Assembly: GCA_963766445.1 (NCBI GenBank)
Contig: CAVXZW010000029.1
Coordinates: 28,681-92,680, forward strand
Reading direction: 5' to 3'
From: an uncultured Actinomycetes bacterium
GTDB lineage: Bacteria > Actinomycetota > Thermoleophilia > Gaiellales > JAICJC01
Length of the DNA: 64,000 nucleotides
The notes under the pieces were generated by a model. The model was not told the DNA's origin. It was given only the letters and a program-made list of their open reading frames with translations, and searched no databases. Position 1 is the first letter of the stretch. Every line of letters begins with the position of its first letter. Below, piece by piece: positions 1 to 13,464 of the stretch. A program made the position numbers and the translations under genes.

Positions 1-538
1 CGAGATCGCAGGCCGGGTTCTGCTCGACGAGGCCGATCTGCAGCGGACGCTGCGCCGGATCGCGCACGAGATCGTCGAGAAGCACCCCGACATCGACCGC
101 CTCGTCCTGGTCGGGATCCACACCCGCGGCGTCTACCTGGCCGACCGCCTGGCCGCGCTGATCGAGCAGTTCAGCGACGTGCGCGTGCCCACCGGCGCGC
201 TCGACATCTCCTTCTACCGCGACGACGTGCGCGCGCACCCCCAGCCGGTGGTGAAGGCAACCCGGCTGGACTTCCCGATCGACGGCCGCTCGGTGGTGCT
301 CGTGGACGACGTGCTGTTCACCGGTCGCACCATCCGCAGCGCCATCGAGGCGCTGTTCGGCTACGGCCGGCCGGAGCGCGTGCAGCTGGCGGTGCTGGTC
401 GACCGCGGCCACCGCGAGCTGCCGATCCGGCCCGACTACGTCGGCAAGAACCTGCCCACCGCGCGCGCCGAGCGCGTGAACGTCCAGCTTTCCGAGGTCG
501 ACGACGTCGACCGCATCGTCCTTCTCACCGCAGACTAG
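1..538 (+). CDS. pyrR: PyrR, pyrimidine operon regulator / uracil phosphoribosyltransferase (5' end outside window)
   Basis: The frame is open from nt 2. The translation (...LVLVGIHTRGVYLADRL...VVLVDDVLFTGRTIRSAIEAL...) carries the PRTase PRPP motif. The gene sits directly upstream of pyrB. Confidence 0.9.
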   Translation, partial: EIAGRVLLDEADLQRTLRRIAHEIVEKHPDIDRLVLVGIHTRGVYLADRLAALIEQFSDVRVPTGALDISFYRDDVRAHPQPVVKATRLDFPIDGRSVVLVDDVLFTGRTIRSAIEALFGYGRPERVQLAVLVDRGHRELPIRPDYVGKNLPTARAERVNVQLSEVDDVDRIVLLTAD

Positions 539-546
539 GAGCGCTC

Positions 547-1542
547 GTGGATCTCTACCCACCAACCGGACTGCCCAGACGCCGCCACCTGCTCTCGATC
601 TCCGACCTCGACCGCGCCGACGTGGAGCGGCTGCTGGAGACGGCGGAGGGCTTCGAGTCGGTGATGCAGCGCGACGTCAAGAAGGTGCCGACGCTGCGCG
701 GCCGCACGGTCGTCAACCTCTTCTTCGAGTCGTCCACCCGCACCTCGAGCTCGTTCGAGCTGGCCGCCAAGCGCCTGTCGGCCGACACCATCAGCGTCAA
801 GGCCTCGGGCTCCAGCGTCGACAAGGGCGAGTCGCTGAAGGACACCATCCTCACCCTCAGCGCCTACGACCCGGACGTGATCGTGATCCGCCACCCCCAG
901 GCCGGCGCGCCCGCGATCGTCACCCGCCACACCGACGCCCACGTCGTCAACGCCGGCGACGGCAAGCACCAGCACCCGACGCAGAGCCTGCTCGACCTGT
1001 ACACGATCAGGAAGGCACTGGGCAAGGTCGAGGGGCTGCAGGTCGCCATCGTCGGAGACGTCCTGCACTCGCGGGTGGCCCGCTCCAACATCCAGGCGCT
1101 GACCATGCTCGGCGCCAGCGTCACCCTGGTCGGCCCGCCGACGCTGATCCCGCGCGAAGCGGCCGCGATGGGCGTGACCGTCTCGCACAGCATCGACGAC
1201 ATCGCCGAGGTCGACGTCATCTACGTCCTGCGCATGCAGCGGGAGCGCATGCTGGAGGGCGCGAACTACGTGCCCTCGCTGCGCGAGTACAGCGCGCTTT
1301 GGGGGGTGACCCCGGACCGGGTGCGGCCCAGCCAGCTGGTGATGCACCCCGGCCCGATCAACCGCGGCGTCGAGATCTCGGCCGAGGTGGCCGACAGCGC
1401 CAGCTCGCGGATCGTCGACCAGGTGCGGGCCGGCCTGGTGACGCGGATGGCGGTGCTCTACGACCTGCTCACCGAGCCGACCACCACCGGCGGCCAGGCC
1501 GCCCTGCGGGCCGTCGAGCCGGCCGGGCAGGAGGTGGCCTGA
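547..1542 (+). CDS. pyrB: Aspartate carbamoyltransferase catalytic subunit
   Basis: 331-aa ORF with motifs 'ESSTRTSSSFE', 'KHQHPTQ' and 'MHPGPINRG'. Confidence 0.95.
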   Translation: MDLYPPTGLPRRRHLLSISDLDRADVERLLETAEGFESVMQRDVKKVPTLRGRTVVNLFFESSTRTSSSFELAAKRLSADTISVKASGSSVDKGESLKDTILTLSAYDPDVIVIRHPQAGAPAIVTRHTDAHVVNAGDGKHQHPTQSLLDLYTIRKALGKVEGLQVAIVGDVLHSRVARSNIQALTMLGASVTLVGPPTLIPREAAAMGVTVSHSIDDIAEVDVIYVLRMQRERMLEGANYVPSLREYSALWGVTPDRVRPSQLVMHPGPINRGVEISAEVADSASSRIVDQVRAGLVTRMAVLYDLLTEPTTTGGQAALRAVEPAGQEVA

Positions 1543-2867
1543 TGCAGAGGCTGACCCACCGCGAGGCACCGCCCGCCAACCTGCTGATCTCCGGCGCCCG
1601 CCTGTTCGACGGCGGCAGCGGCCTGGAGGGCGTGCAGCTGGACGTCCGCGTCGTCGAGGGAGCGATCGCCGAGATCGGCTCCGACCTGGAGGCCGACGGG
1701 GCCGAGACGATCGACGCGGCCGGGCTGACCATGACCCCGGGCCTGATCGACCCGCACGTGCACCTGCGCACCCCCGGAGACGAGGACGAGGAGGACATCG
1801 CCTCGGGCACCCGCGCGGCAGCGGCCGGCGGGTTCGTGGCCATCCTGGCCATGCCCAACACCGATCCCGTGGTCGACAGCGCGGCCGTGCTGAGCGGGCT
1901 GATCGAGCGCGCCGGCGAGCAGGCCGCGGTGCCGACCGGGTTCTTCGCCGCCATCAGCCGCGGCCTGGAGGGCCGCGAGCTGGTGGACATGGCCGAGCTG
2001 GCCGCCCGCGGAGCAGCCGGGTTCTCGGACGACGGCCGCCCGGTCGAACGCGCCGGCATGCTGCGCCGGGCGCTGCAGTACAGCCGCGTCACCGGCCTCA
2101 AGCTGACGCTGCACGAGGAGGACATGACCCTCACCGCCGGTTCGCAGATGCACGAGGGCGCCGTCTCGGCCGAGCTCGGCCTGCACGGGTACCCCGGGAT
2201 CGGCGAGAGCGTGATGGTCGGCCGCGATCTGCAGATCGCCCGCTACGAGCACGCTCCGCTGCACCTCTGCCACATCTCCGCGGCCGAGTCGGTGGCCGAG
2301 ATCCGCCGCGCCAAGGAGCTGGGCGTCGAGGTCACCGCCGAGGTCTCGCCGCACCACCTGTGCCTGACCGACGAGCTGGTCCGCGATCTCGACCCGGCCG
2401 TCAGCAAGATGAACCCACCGTTGCGCTCGGCCGCCGACCGCGCCGCGCTGATCGAGGCGCTGGCCGACGGTACGCTCGACTGCATCGCCACCGATCACGC
2501 GCCGCACCGCACGCACGAGAAGGAGGTGCCGTTCGAGGCGGCGCCGAACGGGGTGATCGGCCTGGAGACGGCGTTCGCCGCCGTCTACACCGAGCTGGTG
2601 GCTCCCGGCCTGGTGTCGCTCTCGACGGTGATCGAACGGATGTCGGCCGGCCCGGCGCGGGCCTTCGATCTGCCCGTCCCGGCTCTGCGCACCGGCGCTC
2701 CCGCCGACCTCGCGCTCTGGGATCTGTCCGAGAGCTGGGTGGTCGCGCCGCCGTACGCCTCCCGCTCGCGCAACTGCGCATTCGCCGGGCGCACGCTGCA
2801 GGGCCGCTGCACGATCACGATCGCCGCCGGCACCGTCGCCCACCGGCTGGCCGAGGTGGCACGGTGA
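1542..2867 (+). CDS. pyrC: Dihydroorotase
   Basis: ATG at 1542 overlaps the pyrB stop (ATGA). Motifs: 'DPHVHLRTPG' (HxH metal site) and 'ATDHAPH'. The part of ORF 1299-2867 upstream of 1542 is Arg/Gly-rich junk. Confidence 0.9.
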   Translation: MQRLTHREAPPANLLISGARLFDGGSGLEGVQLDVRVVEGAIAEIGSDLEADGAETIDAAGLTMTPGLIDPHVHLRTPGDEDEEDIASGTRAAAAGGFVAILAMPNTDPVVDSAAVLSGLIERAGEQAAVPTGFFAAISRGLEGRELVDMAELAARGAAGFSDDGRPVERAGMLRRALQYSRVTGLKLTLHEEDMTLTAGSQMHEGAVSAELGLHGYPGIGESVMVGRDLQIARYEHAPLHLCHISAAESVAEIRRAKELGVEVTAEVSPHHLCLTDELVRDLDPAVSKMNPPLRSAADRAALIEALADGTLDCIATDHAPHRTHEKEVPFEAAPNGVIGLETAFAAVYTELVAPGLVSLSTVIERMSAGPARAFDLPVPALRTGAPADLALWDLSESWVVAPPYASRSRNCAFAGRTLQGRCTITIAAGTVAHRLAEVAR

Positions 2868-3959
2868 CCGCCCTGCTGGTGCTCGAGGACGGCACGGTGT
2901 TCGAAGGCGAGGCCTACGGTGGAACCGGTACTGCGGTCGGCGAGCTGGTGTTCATCACGTCCATGACCGGCTACCAGGAGATCGTCACCGACCCGTCGTT
3001 CGCCGGCCAGATGATCACCTTCACGCAGCCGATGATCGGCAACTACGGGGTGGAGGCCGATGCCTCCGAGTCGGACCGGCCGCAGGCGCGGGCGGTGATC
3101 GTACGCGAGGGCCGAAACGCCGCGCCGGCGGGGCGCGTGGGCTTCTCTGACTGGTTGGCCGGCCACGGTGTAATCGGCATCCAGGGGCTCGACACGCGCA
3201 TGCTGACGCGGCGCCTGCGCGACGGCGGCACCATGCGCGCGGCCGTCTGCTCGGATGGAACGCCGGTGCCGCAGCTGCTGGCGCTGATCGGCGGCGAGCC
3301 GGAGATGGCCGGGCAGGCGCTGGCCGGCGAGGTGTCGTGCGTGCGGGCCGAGCAGCTGCCGGCCCTGGCGCCCGAGCTTGCCCACGTGGTGGTGCTCGAC
3401 TACGGGGTGAAGGGGTCGATCGTACGGATTCTGCGCGAGCAGGGCGCCCGGGTGACCGTGCTGCCCTGGAACGCCACGGCCGAGCAGGTGCTCGAGTTGC
3501 GCCCCGACGGCGTGCTGCTCGGCAACGGACCGGGCGATCCGGCCGCGCTGCCCGGCTGTGTGTCGGAGGTGCGCGAGCTGGTCGGGCAGGTACCCGTGTT
3601 CGGGATCTGCCTGGGCCATCAGCTGCTGGGCAGGGCGCTCGGCCTGGAGACCTTCAAGCTCCGGTTCGGCCATCGCGGCGCCAACCACCCGGTGCTGGAC
3701 ATCGACACGGGGCGAGTGCTGGTAACGGCCCAGAACCACGGCTTCGCGGTGCGCGTGCCCGCCGGAGGAGGCGACCTCGACACCGATTTCGGGCCGGCCC
3801 GCGTCACCCACGTCTCGCTCTACGACGGCACCGTCGAGGGCCTGGCGCTGCGGGAGCTGCCCGCCTGGTCGATGCAGTTCCACCCCGAGGCCAGCCCCGG
3901 GCCGCACGACGCCCGCGAGGCGCTGGAGCGGTTCGTGGGGTCGCTGACGGAGGCCACCG

Positions 3960-3973
<14 letters not shown>
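2864..3973 (+). CDS. carA: Carbamoyl-phosphate synthase small (glutaminase) subunit
   Basis: GTG at 2864 overlaps the pyrC stop (GTGA). Motifs: '[11 protein letters not shown]' (catalytic Cys) and '[13 protein letters not shown]'. Confidence 0.93.
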
Positions 3974-7121
<3,148 letters not shown>

Positions 7122-7125
7122 GCGG

Positions 7126-7833
7126 ATGCTGCAGGTCGCTCGGGTCGAGGCGGTCGGCGCCTACACCCTGCTGGTGCTGCGAAACGACGGCGGCGAGTTG
7201 GGCGCGCCGGGGCAGTTCTTCATGCTCCAGGCCGACCCCGAGCCGAGCGGCGCCTACCTGCCGCGGGCGCTGTCGGCGGCCTGGGCCGATGCGGGCGAGA
7301 TCGCCTTCCTGCTGGACGTGCGCGGCGCCGGCACGGCCGCCCTGGCCGGGGCTGCGCAGGTGTCGGTGCTGGGGCCGCTCGGCCACGGATTCGAGCTGCA
7401 TGACGGGCCCGCCATCCTGGTCGGCGGCGGCATCGGCGCGGCCATCCTGCCCTGGCTGGTGCGCGACCTGCCCGGTCCGGTGACGACCCTGCTCGGGTTC
7501 CGGGGACAGCGGCAAGCCGTGTGTGCCGCGCTGATCGACGCCGATGCCACCGTGGTGCTGGAGCCGACCTACGTGACCGAGCCGCTGGCGCGCCTGCTGC
7601 CGGCCAACGCAACCGTCTACGCCTGCGGGCCGCACCCGATGCTGCACGCCGTGGCCGCGCTCTGCGCCGAGCACGCCGTGCCCTGCCTGCTGGCGATGGA
7701 GGCGGCCATGGCCTGTGGATTCGGCGCCTGCTACGGCTGCGCGGTCGAGATCGACGGCGAGTGGAAGCGGCTGTGCGTGGAGGGACCGGTGCTGGAGGCG
7801 GGACGGGTGCTGGCGGGCGCGCATGATCGATAG
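7126..7833 (+). CDS. pyrK: Dihydroorotate dehydrogenase (class 1B) electron-transfer subunit
   Basis: FAD/NAD-binding fold followed by a 2Fe-2S Cys cluster ('ACGFGACYGCAVE...LCVEGP'). An alternative in-frame ATG at 7108 overlaps the carB end. Confidence 0.85.
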   Translation: MLQVARVEAVGAYTLLVLRNDGGELGAPGQFFMLQADPEPSGAYLPRALSAAWADAGEIAFLLDVRGAGTAALAGAAQVSVLGPLGHGFELHDGPAILVGGGIGAAILPWLVRDLPGPVTTLLGFRGQRQAVCAALIDADATVVLEPTYVTEPLARLLPANATVYACGPHPMLHAVAALCAEHAVPCLLAMEAAMACGFGACYGCAVEIDGEWKRLCVEGPVLEAGRVLAGAHDR

Positions 7834-8764
7834 CCTGGCCACCCGTTTCTGCGGGATCGACCTCGCCCATCCGGTGCTGAACGGCTCGGGCACACTGGAC
7901 GCGCTGGCGGCGGGTACCCTCGGCGTGTCCGCCTTTGTCACCAAGACGGTCACGTTGAACCCGCGCGCAGGCAATCCGCCGCAGCGCATCGCCGAGACCC
8001 CGCAGGGCATGGTCAACTCGATCGGGCTCGCCAACCCCGGCCTCGAGCGGTTCTGCGCCGAGCACCTGCCGCGGCTGGCCGACCTGGGCGTGCCGCTGAT
8101 CGTGAGCGTGGGGGGCTGGAGCCGGGAGGAGTACGCCGTCGCCGTGCGGCGGATCGGCGCGCACCCGGCCGTGGCCGCGCTCGAGCTGAACGTGTCCTGC
8201 CCCAACGTCGACACCGGCTGCATCTCGATCGGCACCGACCCGTCGGAGACGCGGGCGCTGCTCGAGCGCTGCCGTGCTGAGACCGAACGGCCGCTGCTGG
8301 CCAAGCTCTCGCCGAGCGTGGCCGACGTCTCGGCCGTCGCGCTGGCCGCCGCCGAGGGCGGAGCGGCGGGCCTGGTGCTGATCAACACCGTGCGCGGAAT
8401 GGCGATCGACCGCGACACGCTGCAGCCGCTTCTCGGCGGCGGCGGAGGTGGCCTCTCCGGGCCTGCCGTAAAGCCCGTCGCACTGCACGCCATCTTCCAC
8501 TGCCGCGCCGCCACCGGGCTGCCCATCGCCGGCGTCGGCGGCGTCACCTGCGCCCAGGACTGCCTCGAGTTCGCGTCGGCGGGGGCGAACGTTGTCGCCC
8601 TCGGCACCGCCCTCTTCCGCAACCCTGGGCTGGTCGAGGAGGTCGTCGCCGAACTCCCCGGCCTGCTCGAGCGGCACGGCGTTTCCACCTTTGACGACGT
8701 CGTCGGACGGGCCCATCACCACCAGGGTAAAGCTTTACTTGAGGTTGATGCGAACCACTCTTAA
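7823..8764 (+). CDS. pyrD: Dihydroorotate dehydrogenase catalytic subunit, class 1B
   Basis: ATG at 7823 overlaps the pyrK end by 11 nt. Motifs: 'NGSGT', 'NVSCPN' and 'GGLSGPAVKPVAL'. The last ~15 codons run into an AT-richer promoter-like region, so the true stop is slightly uncertain. Confidence 0.88.
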   Translation: MIDSLATRFCGIDLAHPVLNGSGTLDALAAGTLGVSAFVTKTVTLNPRAGNPPQRIAETPQGMVNSIGLANPGLERFCAEHLPRLADLGVPLIVSVGGWSREEYAVAVRRIGAHPAVAALELNVSCPNVDTGCISIGTDPSETRALLERCRAETERPLLAKLSPSVADVSAVALAAAEGGAAGLVLINTVRGMAIDRDTLQPLLGGGGGGLSGPAVKPVALHAIFHCRAATGLPIAGVGGVTCAQDCLEFASAGANVVALGTALFRNPGLVEEVVAELPGLLERHGVSTFDDVVGRAHHHQGKALLEVDANHS

Positions 8765-8793
8765 ATCGGCCTATTCTGGCCGTTTCTTTGTCG

Positions 8794-8821
8794 TTGCACG
8801 GACGGCCAAGCGTGGTATTAT
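8794..8821 (+). promoter_or_regulatory. Sigma-70/SigA-like promoter candidate for mihF (TTGCAC-16 nt-TATTAT)
   Basis: TTGCAC lies at 8794-8799 and TATTAT at 8816-8821, in a local GC dip. The mihF ATG at 8833 would leave only a ~5-nt leader. Confidence 0.4.
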
Positions 8822-8832
8822 CGCCCCGAAAG

Positions 8833-9156
8833 ATGCCCACGCTCCTCTCGCAGGCCCCCTCCCGTTCCCTCGACCAGAGACTCGACGCACTCGACCGGGC
8901 GAACCGCATTCGCGTCCAACGAGCGCAGCTGAAGCGCGCGCTCAAGGCGGGGGACACCACGTTCGACCAGGTGCTGGTCGACCCGCCGGACTACGTGCTG
9001 ACGGCGAAGGTCTACGACATGCTGCTGTCGGTTCCGCGGCTGGGAAGGGTGCGCGCGGGGCGGCTGCTGACCCAGTGCCGGATCAGCCAGGCCAAGACCA
9101 TCGGCGGACTGTCGGAACGACAGCGCGGCGAGCTGGTCGACCTGTTCAACTCCTGA
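8833..9156 (+). CDS. mihF: Actinobacterial integration host factor MihF
   Basis: ~107-aa basic protein ('...RANRIRVQRAQLKRALKAGD...VPRLGRVRAGRLL...') immediately upstream of gmk-rpoZ, which is the conserved actinobacterial position. The start was chosen at the ATG downstream of the promoter-like site. Confidence 0.8.
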   Translation: MPTLLSQAPSRSLDQRLDALDRANRIRVQRAQLKRALKAGDTTFDQVLVDPPDYVLTAKVYDMLLSVPRLGRVRAGRLLTQCRISQAKTIGGLSERQRGELVDLFNS

Positions 9157-9172
9157 CGCCGGCCGCCGCCGC

Positions 9173-9742
9173 ATGAGCGGCCGGCTGTTCGTCGTGTCCG
9201 GTCCGTCCGGCGTCGGCAAGGGAACGCTGATCGCGCGGGCTCGCGCCGAGGTGCCGCGGCTGGAGCTGGCCACCTCGGCCACCACCCGTCCGATGCGCCC
9301 CAGCGAACAGCAGGGCCGCGAGTACCACTTCCTCTCGCCGGACGAGTTCCAGCGGCGGTTGCAGGCGGGTGAGTTCCTGGAGCATGTAGAATTCGCGGGC
9401 CATCGGTACGGCACGCTGCGCAGCGAGGTGGAACGGCGACTGGCGGACGGCTCGAACGTGATCCTCGAGATCGACGTCCCCGGCGCTCGTGAGATCGAGC
9501 GGCAGCTGCCGGACTCGGTGCTGGTGTTCATCGCACCGCCGGATGTGGGGGACCTCGAGCAGCGCCTGATCGGGCGCGGCACGAACTCCCCGCAGGACAT
9601 CGCCACCCGGCTGCGGATCGCCAGGTCCGAGCTGGAGGCGGGAACCGATTTTCGCTACGTGATCGTGAACGATGATGTGGAACGGGCGGCGTCCCAGCTC
9701 ACCGAGCTGATCCGCGCCGCCCTTGACGAGGAGACCAGATGA
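9173..9742 (+). CDS. gmk: Guanylate kinase
   Basis: P-loop 'GPSGVGKGT'. The ORF is full-length at 189 aa. Confidence 0.95.
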   Translation: MSGRLFVVSGPSGVGKGTLIARARAEVPRLELATSATTRPMRPSEQQGREYHFLSPDEFQRRLQAGEFLEHVEFAGHRYGTLRSEVERRLADGSNVILEIDVPGAREIERQLPDSVLVFIAPPDVGDLEQRLIGRGTNSPQDIATRLRIARSELEAGTDFRYVIVNDDVERAASQLTELIRAALDEETR

Positions 9743-9981
9743 TCTATCCCAAAGTTGACGTCCTGCTCGAGCACGTCGACAGCAAGTACGCGCTCGTGAT
9801 CGCGGCCGCAAAGCGCGCCCGCCAGATCAACGACTACCACCACCAGCTCGGCGAGGGCAGCTTCGAGGGCTTCGCTCCGCCGCTGATCGAGTCGCGGTCG
9901 AAGAACTTCCTGACCATGGCGCTGGAGGAAATCGCCGAGGGCAAGCTGGAGGTCTCGACCTCGGACGCCAACGCCGTCTGA
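9739..9981 (+). CDS. rpoZ: DNA-directed RNA polymerase omega subunit
   Basis: 80 aa, with 'SKYALVIAAAKRARQIN'. ATGA overlap with gmk. Confidence 0.9.
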   Translation: MIYPKVDVLLEHVDSKYALVIAAAKRARQINDYHHQLGEGSFEGFAPPLIESRSKNFLTMALEEIAEGKLEVSTSDANAV

Positions 9982-10034
9982 GGCCCACCGGAGGTCGCCT
10001 GGGTTTCGCGACGGCGACGCCGTACACTTCGGGC

Positions 10035-11237
10035 ATGATCCTGGTGGGGGTGAGCGGGGGGGTCGCGGCCTACAAGAGCTGTGAGCTCGTGCGGCTGCTG
10101 GTCAAGGCCGGCCGCGAGGTGCAGGTCGTGATGACGCCGGCCGCCGAGCGGTTCGTCGGGCCGACCACGTTTGCCGCGCTCTCACGGCGGCCGGTGCTGA
10201 CCGAACAGTCGGCCGAAGTGTTCCCGCACCTCGAGGCGTCGCGGGATGCGATGCTCTACTGCATCGCCCCGGCCGGCGCGAACACGATCGCGCGCCTGGC
10301 GCACGGCGAGGCGCCGAACGTGCTGACCCAGTCGGCGCTGGCGTTCACCGGGCCGCTGCTCGTGGCCCCGGCCATGAACCCGCGCATGTGGGCGGCACCG
10401 GTCACGCAGGAGAACGTGCGCGCCCTGCTGGCGCGCGGCGTCGAGACGATCGGCCCGGAGTCGGGCGAGATGGCCGAGGGGGAGCAGGGCGCCGGCCGCA
10501 TGTCCGAGCCGGACGAGATCGCCGGCCGCATCCAGGCACGGCTGGCGACGCTCGGCAGCCTGGCGGGGCGCCGGTGTGCTGGTCACCGCCGGCGGGACCC
10601 GCGAGCCGCTCGACGCGGTGCGCTACCTGGGAAACCGCAGCAGCGGTCGGATGGGCGTAGCCGTGGCCGACGAGGCGGCCAGGCGCGGGGCCGATGTGAC
10701 GCTGATCCTGGCTGCGGCCACCGCATCGCCGAGCGCGCCGATGCGCACGCTGCGAGCGGAGACGGCCGAGCAGCTGCGAGCGGCCACGCTGGAGCAGTCC
10801 GAAGCGGCGCAGATGTGATCGTGATGGCGGCCGCCGTGGCCGACTACCGGCCCGCCCAGCCGGTCGACGGCAAGCGCATCAAGGACTCGGGAGCCTGGAC
10901 GATCGAGCTGGAGGCGACGGCCGACATCCTGGCCGAGCTGGGCGCCCGGCGGCGCGAGGGCCAGGTGCTGATCGGCTTCGCCGCCGAGTACGGCGAGGGC
11001 GCCGTCGACCGGGCCCGGGCCAAGCTGGAACGCAAGGGCGGCGACGTGATCGTGATGAACGACATCAGCCGCACGGACATCGGCTTCGACAGCAGCCTCA
11101 ACGAAATCGTGCTGGTGTCGTCCAAGGGAGAGCAGCTGGTATCGCGACGCTCCAAACAGGCCTGCGCCGCAGCCATTCTGGACACATTGGGGAACCAAAC
11201 CGCCCGCGCCGCCGTAGAGCAGCGTACGACGGTCTGA
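10035..11237 (+). CDS. coaBC: Bifunctional phosphopantothenoylcysteine decarboxylase / synthetase (hidden compensating frameshift pair)
   Basis: The N-terminal CoaC part ('[11 protein letters not shown]') and C-terminal CoaB part ('AAAVADYRP') are in one frame. The conserved CoaB motif '[25 protein letters not shown]' is readable only in the +1 frame (ORF 10576-10818). Shifts lie at ~10575 (+1) and ~10808-10812 (-1). Confidence 0.85.
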   Translation: MILVGVSGGVAAYKSCELVRLLVKAGREVQVVMTPAAERFVGPTTFAALSRRPVLTEQSAEVFPHLEASRDAMLYCIAPAGANTIARLAHGEAPNVLTQSALAFTGPLLVAPAMNPRMWAAPVTQENVRALLARGVETIGPESGEMAEGEQGAGRMSEPDEIAGRIQARLATLGSLAGRRCAGHRRRDPRAARRGALPGKPQQRSDGRSRGRRGGQARGRCDADPGCGHRIAERADAHAASGDGRAAASGHAGAVRSGADVIVMAAAVADYRPAQPVDGKRIKDSGAWTIELEATADILAELGARRREGQVLIGFAAEYGEGAVDRARAKLERKGGDVIVMNDISRTDIGFDSSLNEIVLVSSKGEQLVSRRSKQACAAAILDTLGNQTARAAVEQRTTV

Positions 11238-11250
11238 CGAGAGGACACCT

Positions 11251-12233
11251 GTGGAAGCATCAGAGCTGCACGACTCGACCCAGTCTCAGGCGATCACCAA
11301 CGCGGGCGTCATCGCTCGCCGCGTGATCGAGAACGTAGCCCGTGTGATCCATGCCCCGGACGGCCTGCTGGAGCGGTGCGTGATGGCGCTGCTGTGCGAG
11401 GGCCATATCATCCTCGAGGACTTCCCGGGAGTGGGCAAGACGATGCTCGCCAAGTCGCTGGCGCGGTCGCTGGACTGCGAGTTCGCGCGCATCCAGGCCA
11501 CGCCCGACCTGCTGCCGTCCGACATCACCGGCGTGAACGTCTACAACCTGCAGGCTAACGAGTTCGAGTTCCGGCCCGGCCCGGTGTTCGCGAACCTGGT
11601 GCTGGTCGACGAGATCAACCGCGCCAGCCCGAAGACCCAGTCGGCGTTGCTGGAGTGCATGCAGGAGGTGCAGGTCACCATCGATGGGTCGACCCACCGC
11701 GCTGGCCCGCCCGTTCATGGTGATCGCCACCCAGAACCCGATCGAGTACGAGGGCACGTTCCCGTTGCCCGAGGCCCAGCTCGACCGCTTCACGATGCGC
11801 CTGCACCTGGGTTACCCGGCCATCGCCGAGGAGGCGCGGATGCTGTCCGAGCACGCGGCCTCCGAGCCGATCGAGCTGCTGGAGCCGGTCGCGTCGGCCG
11901 CCGATCTGGAGTCCGCCATCGAGGCCGTCAAGAGCGTGTACGTCGAGGACAGCCTCAACCGGTACGTGGTCGCGATCCTGCGCCATACCCGTGGCGACTC
12001 GCGGCTTGCGCTGGGCGCCAGCCCACGCGCCGGCATCTCGCTGCTGCGCGTGGCCAAGGCGCTTGCGGCGCTGCACGGTCGCGAGTACGTGATCCCGGCC
12101 GACATCAAGGACGTGGCCGCCGACGTGCTCTCGCACAGGGTGATCATGGCCGCCGATGCGCGCACCGGCGGGGTCGATCCGTCCGAGGTGATCGGCGAGG
12201 CCGTCGACCGCACGCCGGTCCCGGTGTCGCTGA
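11251..12233 (+). CDS. MoxR-family AAA+ ATPase (frame break ~11700; stop not in the frame as given)
   Basis: Walker A 'FPGVGKT'; '[18 protein letters not shown]'; and, after a +1 shift, '[27 protein letters not shown]'. The C-terminus '...DRTPVPV' runs on with no stop in frame. A TGA at 12231 lies in another frame. Confidence 0.8.
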
Positions 12234-13464
12234 CCCCTCGCGGCAAAGGCACGCTCGTCCTCGCAGCCGGGCTGTACCTCGCCTCCTGGGGCTTCGGCAC
12301 CCACGCCATGTACCCGGTGGCGGTGGGCCTGCTGGCGGCGCCGGTGCTTGCCTGGTTGTGGGTGCGCCTGACGGCGCGCCCGACCGAGCTGCGGCGGCGC
12401 ACCGGCCATCGCGAGCTGGTCGAGGGCGGACGCGTGGTCGTGGAGGTCGAGATCCGGGCCGAGGGCGGACTGCTGCCCGCGCGCGCCACGCTGCTCGAGC
12501 AGATGGGCGATCTCGGCAGCCGCGAGCTGCCGCTGCGCCAGCGCGGTCACGCGCTCTACGGCCGCTACACGATCGATCCGGCGCCACGCGGCCGCTACAC
12601 GCTGGCAGCCGCCGAGCTGCGCGTCGACGATCCCCTGGGGCTGGCCGAGTCGCGGACGCAGCTGGCGCGCACCGACACGCTGCTCGTCTATCCCCGCGTT
12701 TACGAGCTCGACGGACTGTTCACCGACGCGGGCAGCGCGGGCGGCGACGAGGGCCGGGCGCTGCTGCACCGCACCGCCGGATACGACCTGCACTCGATCC
12801 GCGACTTCCAGCAGGGCGAGAGCCTGCGCCGGGTGCACTGGCGCTCCACGGCCAAGCGCCGCAAGCTGATGGTCAAGGAGCTGACCGAGCTGCCGCGGGA
12901 CGAATCAGCGGTGCTGCTCGACGGTGACCGCGACTCCAGCGTGGGCGCGCCCGGCGCCAGCAGCTTCGACGCACAGGTGCGGGCGGCGGCATCGCTGCTG
13001 AACAGGATGGTGGAGGGCGGCCAGCGCTGCTCGCTGGTGATGCACGGCCAGACCCGGCGGCGGATCCGGATCCGGGCCGGCGGCGGCGACTGGGGCACCG
13101 CCCTGGCGGCCCTTGCGGCCGTGCGGGCCGACGCCACCCAACCGCTGTCCACGATGCTGCGCGACACGCTCGGCGCAACCGGGGCGGCCGAGGCGATCGA
13201 CGCCGCCCGGCTGTACGTGGTCACCGCCGCGCTGAATCCGGATCTGGCGGCCCGGCTGCTGGCCATGCGCTCGGTCCGCCGCGACGTGGCCGTCGTGTGG
13301 GTGGACGCCCCGTCCTTCGCCGGAGTCGAGCGCGTGCCCGGGCCGGCCGAGGCGGCCTCGCTGCGGCTGGCCAGGGCGGGCGTGCCGGTCGCGCGGCTGG
13401 GCGCGGGCGACGACGTGGCCATGGCGCTCGGCTCGGCAATCGCAAGGAGGGCGGCATTGGCTGA
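12224..13464 (+). CDS. DUF58 (vWA-like) protein, MoxR partner
   Basis: GTG at 12224. Two N-terminal TM helices, then the DUF58 signature '[26 protein letters not shown]'. The probable stop TGA at 13462-13464 lies in a different frame, which implies a further indel near 13430-13460. Confidence 0.7.
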
